Both the position numbers and the translations under genes were made by a program. Of a stretch of 64,000 nt of DNA, positions 26,436 through 35,828 are shown in pieces; position 1 is the first letter of the stretch, and every line of letters begins with the position of its first letter. Origin of the DNA: a virus (taxonomy: Duplodnaviria > Caudoviricetes). Under the pieces are notes generated by a model that worked only from the letters and a program-made list of their open reading frames with translations, was not told the DNA's origin and searched no databases. The DNA lies in IMG/VR virus record IMGVR_UViG_3300026549_000045, positions 71,135 through 135,134 of that record. The stretch is one strand, 5' to 3'.

Positions 26436-27033
26436 ACCTTACGGCAGAGGAAAATTTTCTCTTCCTTGCTGGACGCTTTGCCGGCTCAACGTCCTGTTGG
26501 GTCGGTTTCTTTTTACTTTCCGACAGGTACTGCTCCCACAGCTTGCGCACCTCTTCTGGTACGGTCGTCACAGTACATACGAAGTTCTGTCCATACCGCA
26601 AGTTCAGCGGGCCTGTAATGGCGATGTCTGGCAACAGGATAGCCGTATCAGCCTGCGGTCTGTCAACAAGCATCAGACGGCCTGCAAACGGATTGTCTTT
26701 CAACAAGTCCGACATGACGGGTGACTTGGCAGGCGACAGGTCGGAGATGATGGTCAACTGCCTTACCACGTTCAGCTTGTCTATTCCGTTGGCATGTGGC
26801 CACTGCTGGCGCATCCAGCGGGTGATAACCTCCGTTGCCTGGTCTGGCATCGTCGGGGCGACAATCATCAGTTCCGTTTCCGTATATCGTGCCAGCAAGG
26901 CAGGCAGCAGTTCAGTAATCGAAAGGTCTCCATAGCCCTGAAACTGCGTCCTGCCACCGTTTTCGATGGAGTCGCGCAGGTTGAGCAGTTGTCGCCTGAT
27001 ACAACAAGGTTCTAAGATGTGCATAACTTTCAA
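26425..27033 (-). CDS. Hypothetical protein
   Basis: 202-aa ORF convergent with and slightly overlapping 25950-26435. Confidence 0.65.
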   Translation of the reverse strand: MKVMHILEPCCIRRQLLNLRDSIENGGRTQFQGYGDLSITELLPALLARYTETELMIVAPTMPDQATEVITRWMRQQWPHANGIDKLNVVRQLTIISDLSPAKSPVMSDLLKDNPFAGRLMLVDRPQADTAILLPDIAITGPLNLRYGQNFVCTVTTVPEEVRKLWEQYLSESKKKPTQQDVEPAKRPARKRKFSSAVRSKR

Positions 27034-27048
27034 TTATCAGTTGTCAAT

Positions 27049-27086
27049 AAAAAAGGCCCAGGCCCGATGATATGGAGCCTGAGCCT
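27049..27086 (-). terminator. Intrinsic terminator after the capsid/tail-tube unit
   Basis: Minus strand AGGCTCAGGCTC-loop-GGGCCTGGGCCT followed by a T run. Confidence 0.75.
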
Positions 27087-27115
27087 CGTAATGCTGTTGT
27101 TACCAGATACCCGGA

Positions 27116-27697
27116 TTAGTTGCTCGAATCAGATTCAACATCCTCGGCAATCTCACCGTAGTACTTCACAACGTCGTACACCTGGAAGTTGCAGACGAAG
27201 TTGAAGGTTGTACCGTGCTCGTCGTTGCGGTTCTTACCGCTGTCGTTGGTACGGCTGAACACCACGTCGCCAGTAGGATTGCCGACGACCTTCCACTCCT
27301 TCAGTGAAGTGCCGTTCACCTTCTTGGTCTTGCCAGTGGGGAAGAACACCATGTAGCCACCGCCCATGTTGGAGAGACGGCGACCGAGAACAGCCATATC
27401 GTCCTCGTTCTTGTCAACGAGACCTGTACCGGTAACGGTGTTGGCACCGCCCTCGCCGTTGTCCTCGCTGCTGACCTGACCAGACTGGTTCTTAAAGGCA
27501 ATCTTGAAACCCTTCAGGGTAGAGCCTGAACCACCCTTGGGAGTGATGTTGTACTGGTTCTTCTCATCGTTGATCTCGATGTTGCCCTCGATGTGGTCGC
27601 TGTCAATAGGAACGACCATGCAGTAGTTACTGGTACCGCCCGGATTCTCCGAGCAGTCGTTCGTCTGCTTAACGTGCTTTAAATTGCAAAGTCCCAT
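27116..27697 (-). CDS. Probable major tail tube protein
   Basis: 193 aa, strongly biased codons like the capsid gene, directly downstream of it; C..NPGG N-terminus and WKVVGNP; ends ESDSSN. Confidence 0.6.
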   Translation of the reverse strand: MGLCNLKHVKQTNDCSENPGGTSNYCMVVPIDSDHIEGNIEINDEKNQYNITPKGGSGSTLKGFKIAFKNQSGQVSSEDNGEGGANTVTGTGLVDKNEDDMAVLGRRLSNMGGGYMVFFPTGKTKKVNGTSLKEWKVVGNPTGDVVFSRTNDSGKNRNDEHGTTFNFVCNFQVYDVVKYYGEIAEDVESDSSN

Positions 27698-27817
27698 AAT
27701 CGTATGTCTTTTTTGTGTTTGTGTTGTTTACTATGATTACTTGTGAATAGAGAGTCGGAGGTCAGAGGGCGGCGCTTGCAGTGAAGGTCACTGGGCGCCG
27801 CTCACCTCCGATGGGGT

Positions 27818-29098
27818 TTAGATGCTGCTGTCAGAGTCACCACCGCCCTCTTCCTCGAACATAGCTACGAGGGTCACAACACCACCAGGGAAGGTGTAGT
27901 TGTAGGGGTTGGCAGTAGCGTTGTCGCTCCAGCCCTTGAACTTGTAGCCATCCTTCGGCGTAGCGGCAACAGTGATGATGTTGCCCTCAGCATAGAGGTC
28001 CTTCTCACCAGAGGTGATCTCGGCAGTACCCTCTTTCTCGTCGCTGGTGGCAACGGTGAAGATATCGGCAATGTAGTCGCCAGCGGGTACGTTGTTCGGG
28101 GTGTTCTCCTCGTCGTTGGTAGCGAATACCTTCGGGGAGTAGTCGCGGATACGAGAAGCCTGAGCGGTCTGCACCTGATAGTCGAACAGGTTGTGGTCGT
28201 CAGAGTTGCGCTCAACAGTGATGTTGGCCTGGCTCTCAGGACGCACGTCGCAGATGTACTCCAGTGTTCCGGGCAGACAGAAGATGAGTTTGTCGCCCTT
28301 ACCCATAGAGGTGTGGGTGGTCAGCTTCAGGTTCTTCATCTGACTGAACTTCCAGCCATCCTCCAGAACGGTGACAGCCAGCTGCGGGTGCATCAGCATG
28401 TAACCCTCGACAATCTTGTCAGCGAGGTCAGAGCTGACGTAAGCCAGCAACTCCTCGGCACCGCGAAGGTCGTCGTTCAGTGAGTTGTAAGCGGCCTTGA
28501 ACCACTTGTAGGCAGCCAGAGAGTCGCTGGGAGCAGCGCCGGTCTTAATCAGGTTGCCGATAGCCTCGCTGATAATACCCTTGGTGATACCCTGTGCGAT
28601 CTTGGTGAAGATACCGTCGTACAGAGAGAGACCCAACTTCACCTGGTTCTCCGTGGTCTCGGGCAGGTTGGCGTTAGCCTCGTTGCCGAAGAAGAAGTTG
28701 GCGCGGACGTCCTGAGCGTGGCGATTGGCGATCTTCTCCAGCAGGAACTGCGTCTTCTCTGCGTTGTTGGTACCGTCGGGGTTCACGTGGAAGGGTTCCT
28801 TCTCACGATACTTCTGGACGTTGTCCTGGGGGTGAGTAACTGCGAGAATCACCTTTGCAGGGTTCTCGACAAACATACCGAGCTGTACCTTCTTGACGGC
28901 ACCCTGCTTATACTGACGTGCAAGCAGACCCTTGTCATTGAAGAGGAACAGCTTGTCGATGTTCTCGACGTCGGTCGTGACAGTGATCTGGAGGTCATCC
29001 AGCATCTTGTCATTCAACATGGAAGCGCGAGCTACCAGGTCGACATGCAGCTGTTCGGTAACAGTCTGCACTTGTGAGACATTGATTGCGTAAGCCAT
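27818..29098 (-). CDS. Major capsid protein with C-terminal Ig-like (divergent InlB B-repeat type) domain
   Basis: Follows the protease/scaffold gene, has its own promoter and strong codon bias; SLYDGIFTKI; C-terminal ITVAATPKDGYKFKGWSD...TLVAMF then GGGDSDSSI. Confidence 0.75.
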   Translation of the reverse strand: MAYAINVSQVQTVTEQLHVDLVARASMLNDKMLDDLQITVTTDVENIDKLFLFNDKGLLARQYKQGAVKKVQLGMFVENPAKVILAVTHPQDNVQKYREKEPFHVNPDGTNNAEKTQFLLEKIANRHAQDVRANFFFGNEANANLPETTENQVKLGLSLYDGIFTKIAQGITKGIISEAIGNLIKTGAAPSDSLAAYKWFKAAYNSLNDDLRGAEELLAYVSSDLADKIVEGYMLMHPQLAVTVLEDGWKFSQMKNLKLTTHTSMGKGDKLIFCLPGTLEYICDVRPESQANITVERNSDDHNLFDYQVQTAQASRIRDYSPKVFATNDEENTPNNVPAGDYIADIFTVATSDEKEGTAEITSGEKDLYAEGNIITVAATPKDGYKFKGWSDNATANPYNYTFPGGVVTLVAMFEEEGGGDSDSSI

Positions 29099-29155
29099 AA
29101 TCCTTTTTTTAGTGTTGGTGAAAACTATTATGTTGTCTTTGTGTTGTTGTTATTG

Positions 29156-29191
29156 CAAATTTACTATGTAGAGAACTACAAGTCAAGGGCA
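29156..29191 (-). promoter_or_regulatory. Phage-specific promoter copy for the capsid gene (TGCCCTTGAC-N18-TAAATTTG)
   Basis: GTCAAGGGCA at 29182-29191. Confidence 0.8.
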
Positions 29192-29208
29192 ATCTGAGCC
29201 GAGTCTGA

Positions 29209-31134
29209 CTAACGGCGCTTGCTACGTGCCTTTGTCTCTGCGTCGCGCTTGCGCAGGGCATCGCGAATCTCCTCTGGAGACATGTTGGCATTCACGGTGC
29301 TACGCACGGTGCCAGTAGCCTCTGGAGCGTCGCCCGTTCCGTTGTCGGCAGGGATGCCACTGTCAGCGTTGGCCATAGGAGCGGGCTTACCAGCCATCTC
29401 CTTGAGCTCAGCCTTCAGGTCGCTAACCTGCTTCGTCAACTTGTCGACGTCCTCCTTCAGACCAGTGATGGTAGCATCACGCTCGGCAATCGTACCGTTG
29501 GCAGTCTCGATGTCCTTACGGGCCTGGTCGATGTCGGCCTGCAGCTGCTCGGCGGTATTCTTCTGACCGTCCAGCGACTCCTTCAATTCGGCAATCTCCT
29601 TGTCCTTGTCGGCAATCATCTGCTCTGCGTTATGCAGGGTTTCCTGAATCTTGTTAATCTCCTCAGTAGCAGCCTGTACGGCTTCCTCAGTAGCGGGCGC
29701 ATCGGTTGGTTTTTCCTCCTCTTCGGCAGGTTTCTCCTCTGCGGGTTTCTCTTCCTCTTCGGCAGGCTTCTGCTCTTCCTCGGTAGCGGGTGCTTCCTCG
29801 GTGGGCTTCTGCTCTTCCTCAGCAGGCTTCTCTTCTTCGACAGCGGGTGCTTCGGTCGCAGGTGCTTCCTCTGCTGGCTGTTCCGTTGCAGGAGTTTCCT
29901 CCTGTGCGGCTGCGGCGGCTGCATTAGCCTCCTTGGCCTTCATCTCTGTCAGCTTCTCTGTGAGTGTGTCAAGCAGAGGCTTATTGAGGAATGTACCTTC
30001 CTCTGTCACCTGCAACTCTTCCACTCCGAGAACCTGAGCGACAATCTGATACTTCTCGTCCATAATCGTGCTATTTTTTTGTGAAACATTGGTCTTGTTA
30101 TCTGCAATATCGGCAATATGCTCAGCAGCGGCTTCTGCGCTTTTGAGTGCAGCTTCCATCGGATCTTCTTCATCGTCTGTCACGTCTGCAGGCTGTCCGA
30201 TTTTACGGTTGGCGGTACGGGCGATAGGCTCCTCATCGCCGTTGGCCACGGCAAATGCGCGTGCCACCAGGTCGCCCAGCAGCATCTGTCCGTCACACAG
30301 GATATCCATCACTTCGGATGCGTCGAATATCTTTCCGTCCAGATGCTCGTCGGTAGCATTAGGGAATGCTGCCTTCATATCGCTGCGGAACTCTGCCTCC
30401 AACTTGTCAAGTTCCTCAATCAGCAGCGTGGCATCGTCGTTCTCGGCAATGTCGCGATACTCCTTGTTCTTGTTGATACTCTTGGTAGCGTAGTACTCGC
30501 GGTAGGTCTCGCTGTCAAACTGATTCTTCTCACCGTTCTTGATAGTGAAGAACGCTGCCATAACGCCTACGCAACCCAACTGGTCCTTCAGGTTCACCAC
30601 GTAAACCTCGTCGCCAAACGATGTGAGATACTCACCAGCCGATGCACAAAGTCCGTCGATAAGCATATACACGCGCTGTCCACAGTCGTGAGCATAGTCG
30701 ATAGCCTGCTGGAAATCGTTTTTAGCCCAAGCCGAACCGCCAGGGGTGTTAATCACCATGATATGAGCACGGCAGTACTTATTGTCGGCAGCCTCCATCA
30801 TCCAGTCGCGGATCTCCTTCGAGCCGTATGAGCAGGCATCGCCATTGCGTGTGATAGGTCCGTCTATGGGAATCACGTTCACAAACGGCTCCTTCATCTG
30901 GGCAAGCAGGCTGGTACCGTCCCAGTTATAACGAGGCAGCACCTCGCCGTCCTCGGTCACCTGAGCGTCGCGTATAACCTCTCCGTTCATACCGGCTACC
31001 AGATATGGCTGCTTCTTCTCTACTGCACCGATGGCAATATGATTGTTGAAGTTGTGCATCAACGTAGGCAGCAAGCCGTGAACAAACTGCGGCATTACCA
31101 TCCAGTGCTTTGTTGTGAAAAGTTCGTAAATCAT
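29209..31134 (-). CDS. Prohead protease (S49/SppA-ClpP-like) fused to acidic coiled-coil scaffold
   Basis: INTPGGS, DGLCASAGEYL and GCVGV motifs; EEKPAEE repeats and coiled coil in the C-terminal half. Confidence 0.85.
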   Translation of the reverse strand: MIYELFTTKHWMVMPQFVHGLLPTLMHNFNNHIAIGAVEKKQPYLVAGMNGEVIRDAQVTEDGEVLPRYNWDGTSLLAQMKEPFVNVIPIDGPITRNGDACSYGSKEIRDWMMEAADNKYCRAHIMVINTPGGSAWAKNDFQQAIDYAHDCGQRVYMLIDGLCASAGEYLTSFGDEVYVVNLKDQLGCVGVMAAFFTIKNGEKNQFDSETYREYYATKSINKNKEYRDIAENDDATLLIEELDKLEAEFRSDMKAAFPNATDEHLDGKIFDASEVMDILCDGQMLLGDLVARAFAVANGDEEPIARTANRKIGQPADVTDDEEDPMEAALKSAEAAAEHIADIADNKTNVSQKNSTIMDEKYQIVAQVLGVEELQVTEEGTFLNKPLLDTLTEKLTEMKAKEANAAAAAAQEETPATEQPAEEAPATEAPAVEEEKPAEEEQKPTEEAPATEEEQKPAEEEEKPAEEKPAEEEEKPTDAPATEEAVQAATEEINKIQETLHNAEQMIADKDKEIAELKESLDGQKNTAEQLQADIDQARKDIETANGTIAERDATITGLKEDVDKLTKQVSDLKAELKEMAGKPAPMANADSGIPADNGTGDAPEATGTVRSTVNANMSPEEIRDALRKRDAETKARSKRR

Positions 31135-31162
31135 ATTCTTTCGTTTTTATTCAACTTTTTCC

Positions 31163-31198
31163 GCAATTTACTATGTATCGCCGTGATTGTCAAGGGCA
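31163..31198 (-). promoter_or_regulatory. Phage-specific promoter copy (TGCCCTTGAC-N18-TAAATTGC)
   Basis: GTCAAGGGCA at 31189-31198. Confidence 0.8.
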
Positions 31199-31227
31199 AA
31201 CCAAGCAAGAAGCAATTTCTACACCTT

Positions 31228-32418
31228 TCACTTTAGTTCCGGCGTTCTGTGAGTGGCCGGGAAACCGGTAAACAATTTGCGTCTGTTCTGCTCGCAGACT
31301 GCCTTTCGCTGGCGCTCTGCTGCAGCTTCTGCGTTGGCTGCATCCTGTGCCTCCTTTGCCTCGCGGGCGCGTATCGCGTTATATATAGGTGTGTCTACGG
31401 CTGCGTCGCCAAAAGCATCAATGTGCTCTTCGATGAAGTTGCAAGCCGTTGCCATAGCCTGCTGTGCATCAGTCATGGAGTCACGTCTTGCCAGCTTCTC
31501 TTTTACAGGAGCCAACTCCGTTCTTCGGCTTTCCACATAGAGGGCCAGTGCAGTACGAAGCATCGACAACAGCTCATCGTAGACCTCTGCGTCAACCTCC
31601 TTCGTAGCAGCACCATTGTTGGCATACGCCACCACTGCCTTCAGCAGCTTGCCGCCGATGCGTGGCTTCAAATAAGTATTCTGGCAGAAGCGGATATCTC
31701 TTACCAGTGCTACATACGCCATGCGCTCACCCTTGATGTCCAGGTATTCGTTCAGTACACGGGCCGTCTGGAAAAGCAAGTCCTTATGCAGGTAGTAAGC
31801 GTCAGCCTCCTGCCACTTCTCGGTAAACACCTTATCGCCTTTGGCGTCAGCCTCCAAGAACAGCAGCAGTGAGTCTATGGCGCGGCCTGCACTCATGTAG
31901 GCATCCTTCACCACGTGCTCTATCTTCTTCTGGTCTGCAGGATCGTAGCCCTCTGCACTCACCTGGTTCATGCCACCGCCCTCGTTGAACGAGACCGTCA
32001 GCAAGCCGGCCTTGTGCGACAACATCTTGTAGAACACAATCTGCTGACAGATGCGCAGCAGTCTGACAGTCACTTGATCCTGCTTCGGAACATCCTTTTC
32101 CTCCTTTGCCTGGGCAGTACATGTCGGCTCAACCAAACCTGCCTGCACGCGGTCCATACGTTCTGTCACGTCAGCATGAGGCACTTTGGGGTCTTTCTTC
32201 GCCTTGCCTGTCGGTTTGATGGTCGTCGATGTGATGTCGCCGTATTCCTTGCGCAGTCGCTCATACTCGTTGCAGAGATGCTGATACAGCGTGGTGCCAA
32301 GCAACGGCTCCAGAGCCACCCGCTCTTCCTCTTCCACATAACCGTAGATTTGGTCGGGTCTGCTCCACCGTGCCGTAGGCATCAGCGATATGATTTCGTT
32401 TTCGCTTCGTATAAACAT
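31228..32418 (-). CDS. Putative head-tail adaptor (DUF6712-like)
   Basis: Two similar helical halves (ALEPLLGTTLYQHL and YLKPRIGGKLLKAV); position in the head module. Confidence 0.55.
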   Translation of the reverse strand: MFIRSENEIISLMPTARWSRPDQIYGYVEEEERVALEPLLGTTLYQHLCNEYERLRKEYGDITSTTIKPTGKAKKDPKVPHADVTERMDRVQAGLVEPTCTAQAKEEKDVPKQDQVTVRLLRICQQIVFYKMLSHKAGLLTVSFNEGGGMNQVSAEGYDPADQKKIEHVVKDAYMSAGRAIDSLLLFLEADAKGDKVFTEKWQEADAYYLHKDLLFQTARVLNEYLDIKGERMAYVALVRDIRFCQNTYLKPRIGGKLLKAVVAYANNGAATKEVDAEVYDELLSMLRTALALYVESRRTELAPVKEKLARRDSMTDAQQAMATACNFIEEHIDAFGDAAVDTPIYNAIRAREAKEAQDAANAEAAAERQRKAVCEQNRRKLFTGFPATHRTPELK

Positions 32419-32435
32419 AGCTATATCGTTTTACC

Positions 32436-32471
32436 GCAATATCGTGATTTCTAAAGAAAAAGTCAAGGGCA
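32436..32471 (-). promoter_or_regulatory. Phage-specific promoter copy (TGCCCTTGAC-N18-GATATTGC)
   Basis: GTCAAGGGCA at 32462-32471, overlapping the stop of the upstream gene. Confidence 0.8.
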
Positions 32472-33329
32472 TTTTAAATACATCTTCCCATCCCCATAGC
32501 AGAACACAGGTTTTCCGCTAAGTTCGCAGATCCTCGCCGCCTGCTCGCGGTCGCTCTCGACAAACAGGGTCGCCCAGTCTGACTTCTTATACTGATGCGC
32601 CTTATATCTGCCCGGGTACGACATGGCATTGCGCTCTTCACGACTATCAGCCTGAAACATAATCAGGTCGTTATATTGTATGCCGTGTCTTTTCAGCCAT
32701 CGCTCGGTGATATCCCGGTACTTCTCCAGCCTGTAGGTTACGATGGCCCCAATCGGTGTGGTTGGCACCACCATCGGCACGGCATGTTCAAGGTAGTACT
32801 CGTAGGCTTTGGTGTCACGCTCCGACGGCGGGTCTTGGCACAGCACGCCGTCAATGTCCCACATCATGGCCTGTGTCTTATGCGCATGATGGTGCATGAT
32901 GTTCCACTCATAGAGATACCACCGCTCGCCTGGCACGTAGATATCCTCCAGCCAGATGTTCACCAGTGCCTTGGCATCTCTGCCACGGGCAAAGACACAG
33001 CCGAACAGAATGTCATACGGCCCTGTCATCGTAACCAGCATCTTGCGCGCCCTGACAATGGCAGCACCAGTGTTGACGGTATCGTCTATCACCAGTACTT
33101 TCCCCGGCCTTCCCCTGCCAAGCAACGTCTGTCTGTCACCGCACGACATGATGTTGCCGTCAAGGAAATCATCCAACGAGGCACATCGCCTGCCCAGCAA
33201 CTCGGCCACCATCAGTGCGGCTATCATGCCAGAGCGCGGTATGCCGACAATAATGTCTACATCCTGCGGTATCTTCCATAGATTCCTGCGGATAGCGTCC
33301 GACAGGTCTTGATAACTCTTGTATATCAT
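32463..33329 (-). CDS. Phosphoribosyltransferase + HAD phosphatase fusion
   Basis: IVGIPRSG and VLVIDDTVNTG (PRPP-binding loop); WDIDGVLC (HAD motif I), IVTYR, FVESD; likely start ATG 33329. Confidence 0.8.
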   Translation of the reverse strand: MIYKSYQDLSDAIRRNLWKIPQDVDIIVGIPRSGMIAALMVAELLGRRCASLDDFLDGNIMSCGDRQTLLGRGRPGKVLVIDDTVNTGAAIVRARKMLVTMTGPYDILFGCVFARGRDAKALVNIWLEDIYVPGERWYLYEWNIMHHHAHKTQAMMWDIDGVLCQDPPSERDTKAYEYYLEHAVPMVVPTTPIGAIVTYRLEKYRDITERWLKRHGIQYNDLIMFQADSREERNAMSYPGRYKAHQYKKSDWATLFVESDREQAARICELSGKPVFCYGDGKMYLKCP

Positions 33330-33358
33330 AGCTTGAACCTGAAACCTGAATCTTGAAA

Positions 33359-34858
33359 CTATGCCCACAGGGCTTTATGCTCCTCCAGCCACTCTTTCGG
33401 GTCCTTCCCTTTCCAACTGCCATGACCGAAATGCAGGGCATAAGGGTCTATGCTCAACTCGCGGCGCGGCAGACCGTGGCGTCTCACATCCTCCAAGAAC
33501 CAGCAGCCCGTGTCATACGCCTTGTCGGGGGACTTATAGGTCAGTGCCCACATCTTCGGAAAATTGAAGTAACTCACACCCTCCTCCTTCATCATCGGCA
33601 CGTTGACAAAGCAAAGGAACGGCAGCACCCTCTCAACAGTAATCCTGAAAGCCGACATGTGGGGCTTCACCTGTCCAACGAACGCCTGCGTCTTATCCCA
33701 GAAGCTGCTGATGTCCTGCTTGATGAGCACATCAGAATCCATCAGGATAAACGGGTTGCGACGCTTGTTCACAAGCCACTGCACCGTCCAGCAGTGCTTG
33801 GCCGACGCCCATCCGTTGCCAACGTCCACCTTGTCAGGGAACTCCTTCAGCCATTCGTCGAAGTTGATGATCTGTCCCTTGGTATTGTCGATAACCTCCA
33901 CACCTTCCATCGGCACAAACGGTCGCTTGTCGCTGTTGTCGAACACGATGATGCCAACACCAGGCGTATGCTTCTGCAGCGAACGGATGCAGCAGCGCGT
34001 CATCTCAGGTGTATTGTAATGCACGATGCACACCGTGATACGCAGTTCCTTGTTGCGCTCGAAGGCTTCCATGTAAGCCTGCTTCTCAGGCGTTGCCTCG
34101 TTATACTTAAAGAATCGTCCCTTGTACTTCTTTCGGAAAGCATCCATGTCAGGCTTGTTGCCAGTACCCTTCGTCCACTTGTTCATCATCCACTCCTCAA
34201 TGGTTTTCGTGGCATAGTGGTGCAGAGTGGCCACGTTGAAGTCGTATGGCTGGAATGGCGATGCCTCGCAAGGCTGCCACGTGGCTGTATAGCAGCAGCG
34301 CGCCGTATCGGGAATATGCGGATTGCGCCCGAAGGAAATCTCACCAAGTCCACCCCTCACGATGCTCTTGATGTGGTTGTTGTTGGGGAAGTCATACTGC
34401 ACTGCCTTGTCCAGCGGCAACGGCTCCGTGAAGCGCTCCTTCACGCCACGTCCGTCATCATACACCAGTCCGCAGTCGCCATAGCATTTCCAGTTCACCA
34501 GCACCGTATCAGCATCAGTGCCTGTGTAGAAAGCCAGCCACTGCTTCACCGTCATCACGCTGTTCACCGTCAGAAACTCGTCGAAGTCAAAGAACGCTAT
34601 CCAGTCGTACTGACCGCCATACTGGCGATACATTTCGTTATATGCCGTAACCTGCACGCCCTGCCTGTTTCTGTAGTCATGGATGCTGACCTTATGCTCG
34701 GCAATTCTGTCTCCGAGAACATCCTCGAAGTATTCCTCCCCATCGTGATTGTTGTCACAGATGTAGATGTGGTCAAACCCCAGCTCAAGGTAATGTTCAA
34801 CCCATTCTCGGGCATATCTGTTCTCGCGCCGCCCGATGGCTACCAATGCTGTCTTCAT
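33359..34858 (-). CDS. Two-domain GT-A glycosyltransferase (GT2-like)
   Basis: N domain EWVEHYLELGFDHIYICDNN...WIAFFDFDEF; C domain VCIVHYNTPE...IIVFDNSD...ILMDSDV. Confidence 0.85.
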   Translation of the reverse strand: MKTALVAIGRRENRYAREWVEHYLELGFDHIYICDNNHDGEEYFEDVLGDRIAEHKVSIHDYRNRQGVQVTAYNEMYRQYGGQYDWIAFFDFDEFLTVNSVMTVKQWLAFYTGTDADTVLVNWKCYGDCGLVYDDGRGVKERFTEPLPLDKAVQYDFPNNNHIKSIVRGGLGEISFGRNPHIPDTARCCYTATWQPCEASPFQPYDFNVATLHHYATKTIEEWMMNKWTKGTGNKPDMDAFRKKYKGRFFKYNEATPEKQAYMEAFERNKELRITVCIVHYNTPEMTRCCIRSLQKHTPGVGIIVFDNSDKRPFVPMEGVEVIDNTKGQIINFDEWLKEFPDKVDVGNGWASAKHCWTVQWLVNKRRNPFILMDSDVLIKQDISSFWDKTQAFVGQVKPHMSAFRITVERVLPFLCFVNVPMMKEEGVSYFNFPKMWALTYKSPDKAYDTGCWFLEDVRRHGLPRRELSIDPYALHFGHGSWKGKDPKEWLEEHKALWA

Positions 34859-34862
34859 GTCG

Positions 34863-35828
34863 TTATTCCGTTATTTGTCCTGTATGCTGCTGAGTCACAG
34901 CAGCTCCCTCCAGCTTTCTCTCAATCTCCCTGTGAACCATCTCCGCCCTTACCTTCCAGTCGAAGATCTTCTCGTTGTCATTCAGGCAGACCATTCCCGC
35001 CTGCGGGTCACGGATAATCTCTGCCAGCCGCTGTGTCGGCGTTTCATGGTCGGTATAGTGCCTTGGTGGACGGTGCTCTACATACAATCCCTCAAAGTGC
35101 TGATATAGCATGTAGATATAGTGATTGTAACTTCGGTCGTTACGCTTCAGCGGCGACAGGTAATAGGTTATCTCGTCGCCATGTCTGCGCCATACCTCTT
35201 CACAGCTGCTCTTCCTGATGGCAGCAAAGATATGCCCTGTGTCGGGCCACTTCGCTGTATAGTGCTTGCCGTAGCGCCCCGCTATCATGTTCAGCTGATA
35301 CATGCACTTCCTCTGGAAGATATTCGGATTCGGTGGATACACTCGCTCCGTTATCTTCTGGCACGGCAAGAGTGTGCCGTCCGGTTCTGTCTGACGGAAG
35401 AAGTCCTCCGGCTGCAGCGGACTCAGCGGAAACATATCGTCATTGCCGTAGATAAAGTATTCCGACAGCTCTGGTATCTTATGCAGGAACATCTCAATGC
35501 ATGGACTCGCGAAGCACGGCAGCATGTTTGCCGGCATGAACTCCCGATGAAACACAGTCCTCACCTCCGGCTGCATAGTGCCTTGCTGTTCTGCCGCAAG
35601 GTTCTTCATCCACTCCTGCACCTGGCTTTCATGTGCCAGCAGGATATAGATGCGTCTGAGCCACGGCATAAACTTTATGCAGCACCTCACCAGCAGTTCC
35701 TCAGTACCCCACGAACGGAAACGCTCGCTCTTTGTCGCATCCCCTATATGGAAGCGTTGGTATTCCCGCCGCCACTCAGGGTCTGCGGGAAATACCATCG
35801 GTATTACTAAGTCAATATCTCTCTCCAT
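34863..35828 (-). CDS. Stealth family sugar-1-phosphate transferase
   Basis: CR1 IDLVIPMVFPADPEW; CR2 FMPWLRRIYI...IEMFLHKIPELSEYFIYGNDDMF; CR4 CLND. Confidence 0.88.
   Translation of the reverse strand: MERDIDLVIPMVFPADPEWRREYQRFHIGDATKSERFRSWGTEELLVRCCIKFMPWLRRIYILLAHESQVQEWMKNLAAEQQGTMQPEVRTVFHREFMPANMLPCFASPCIEMFLHKIPELSEYFIYGNDDMFPLSPLQPEDFFRQTEPDGTLLPCQKITERVYPPNPNIFQRKCMYQLNMIAGRYGKHYTAKWPDTGHIFAAIRKSSCEEVWRRHGDEITYYLSPLKRNDRSYNHYIYMLYQHFEGLYVEHRPPRHYTDHETPTQRLAEIIRDPQAGMVCLNDNEKIFDWKVRAEMVHREIERKLEGAAVTQQHTGQITE

Noticed and set aside
29690-29900. EEKPA/TEE low-complexity repeats
   Set aside because: Ordinary disordered linker in the protease-scaffold fusion
33353-35017. 554-aa plus-strand ORF (and similar ones such as 43132-45057, 54892-56121 and 4897-5940)
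   Set aside because: Antisense shadows of well-supported minus-strand genes; no recognisable motifs
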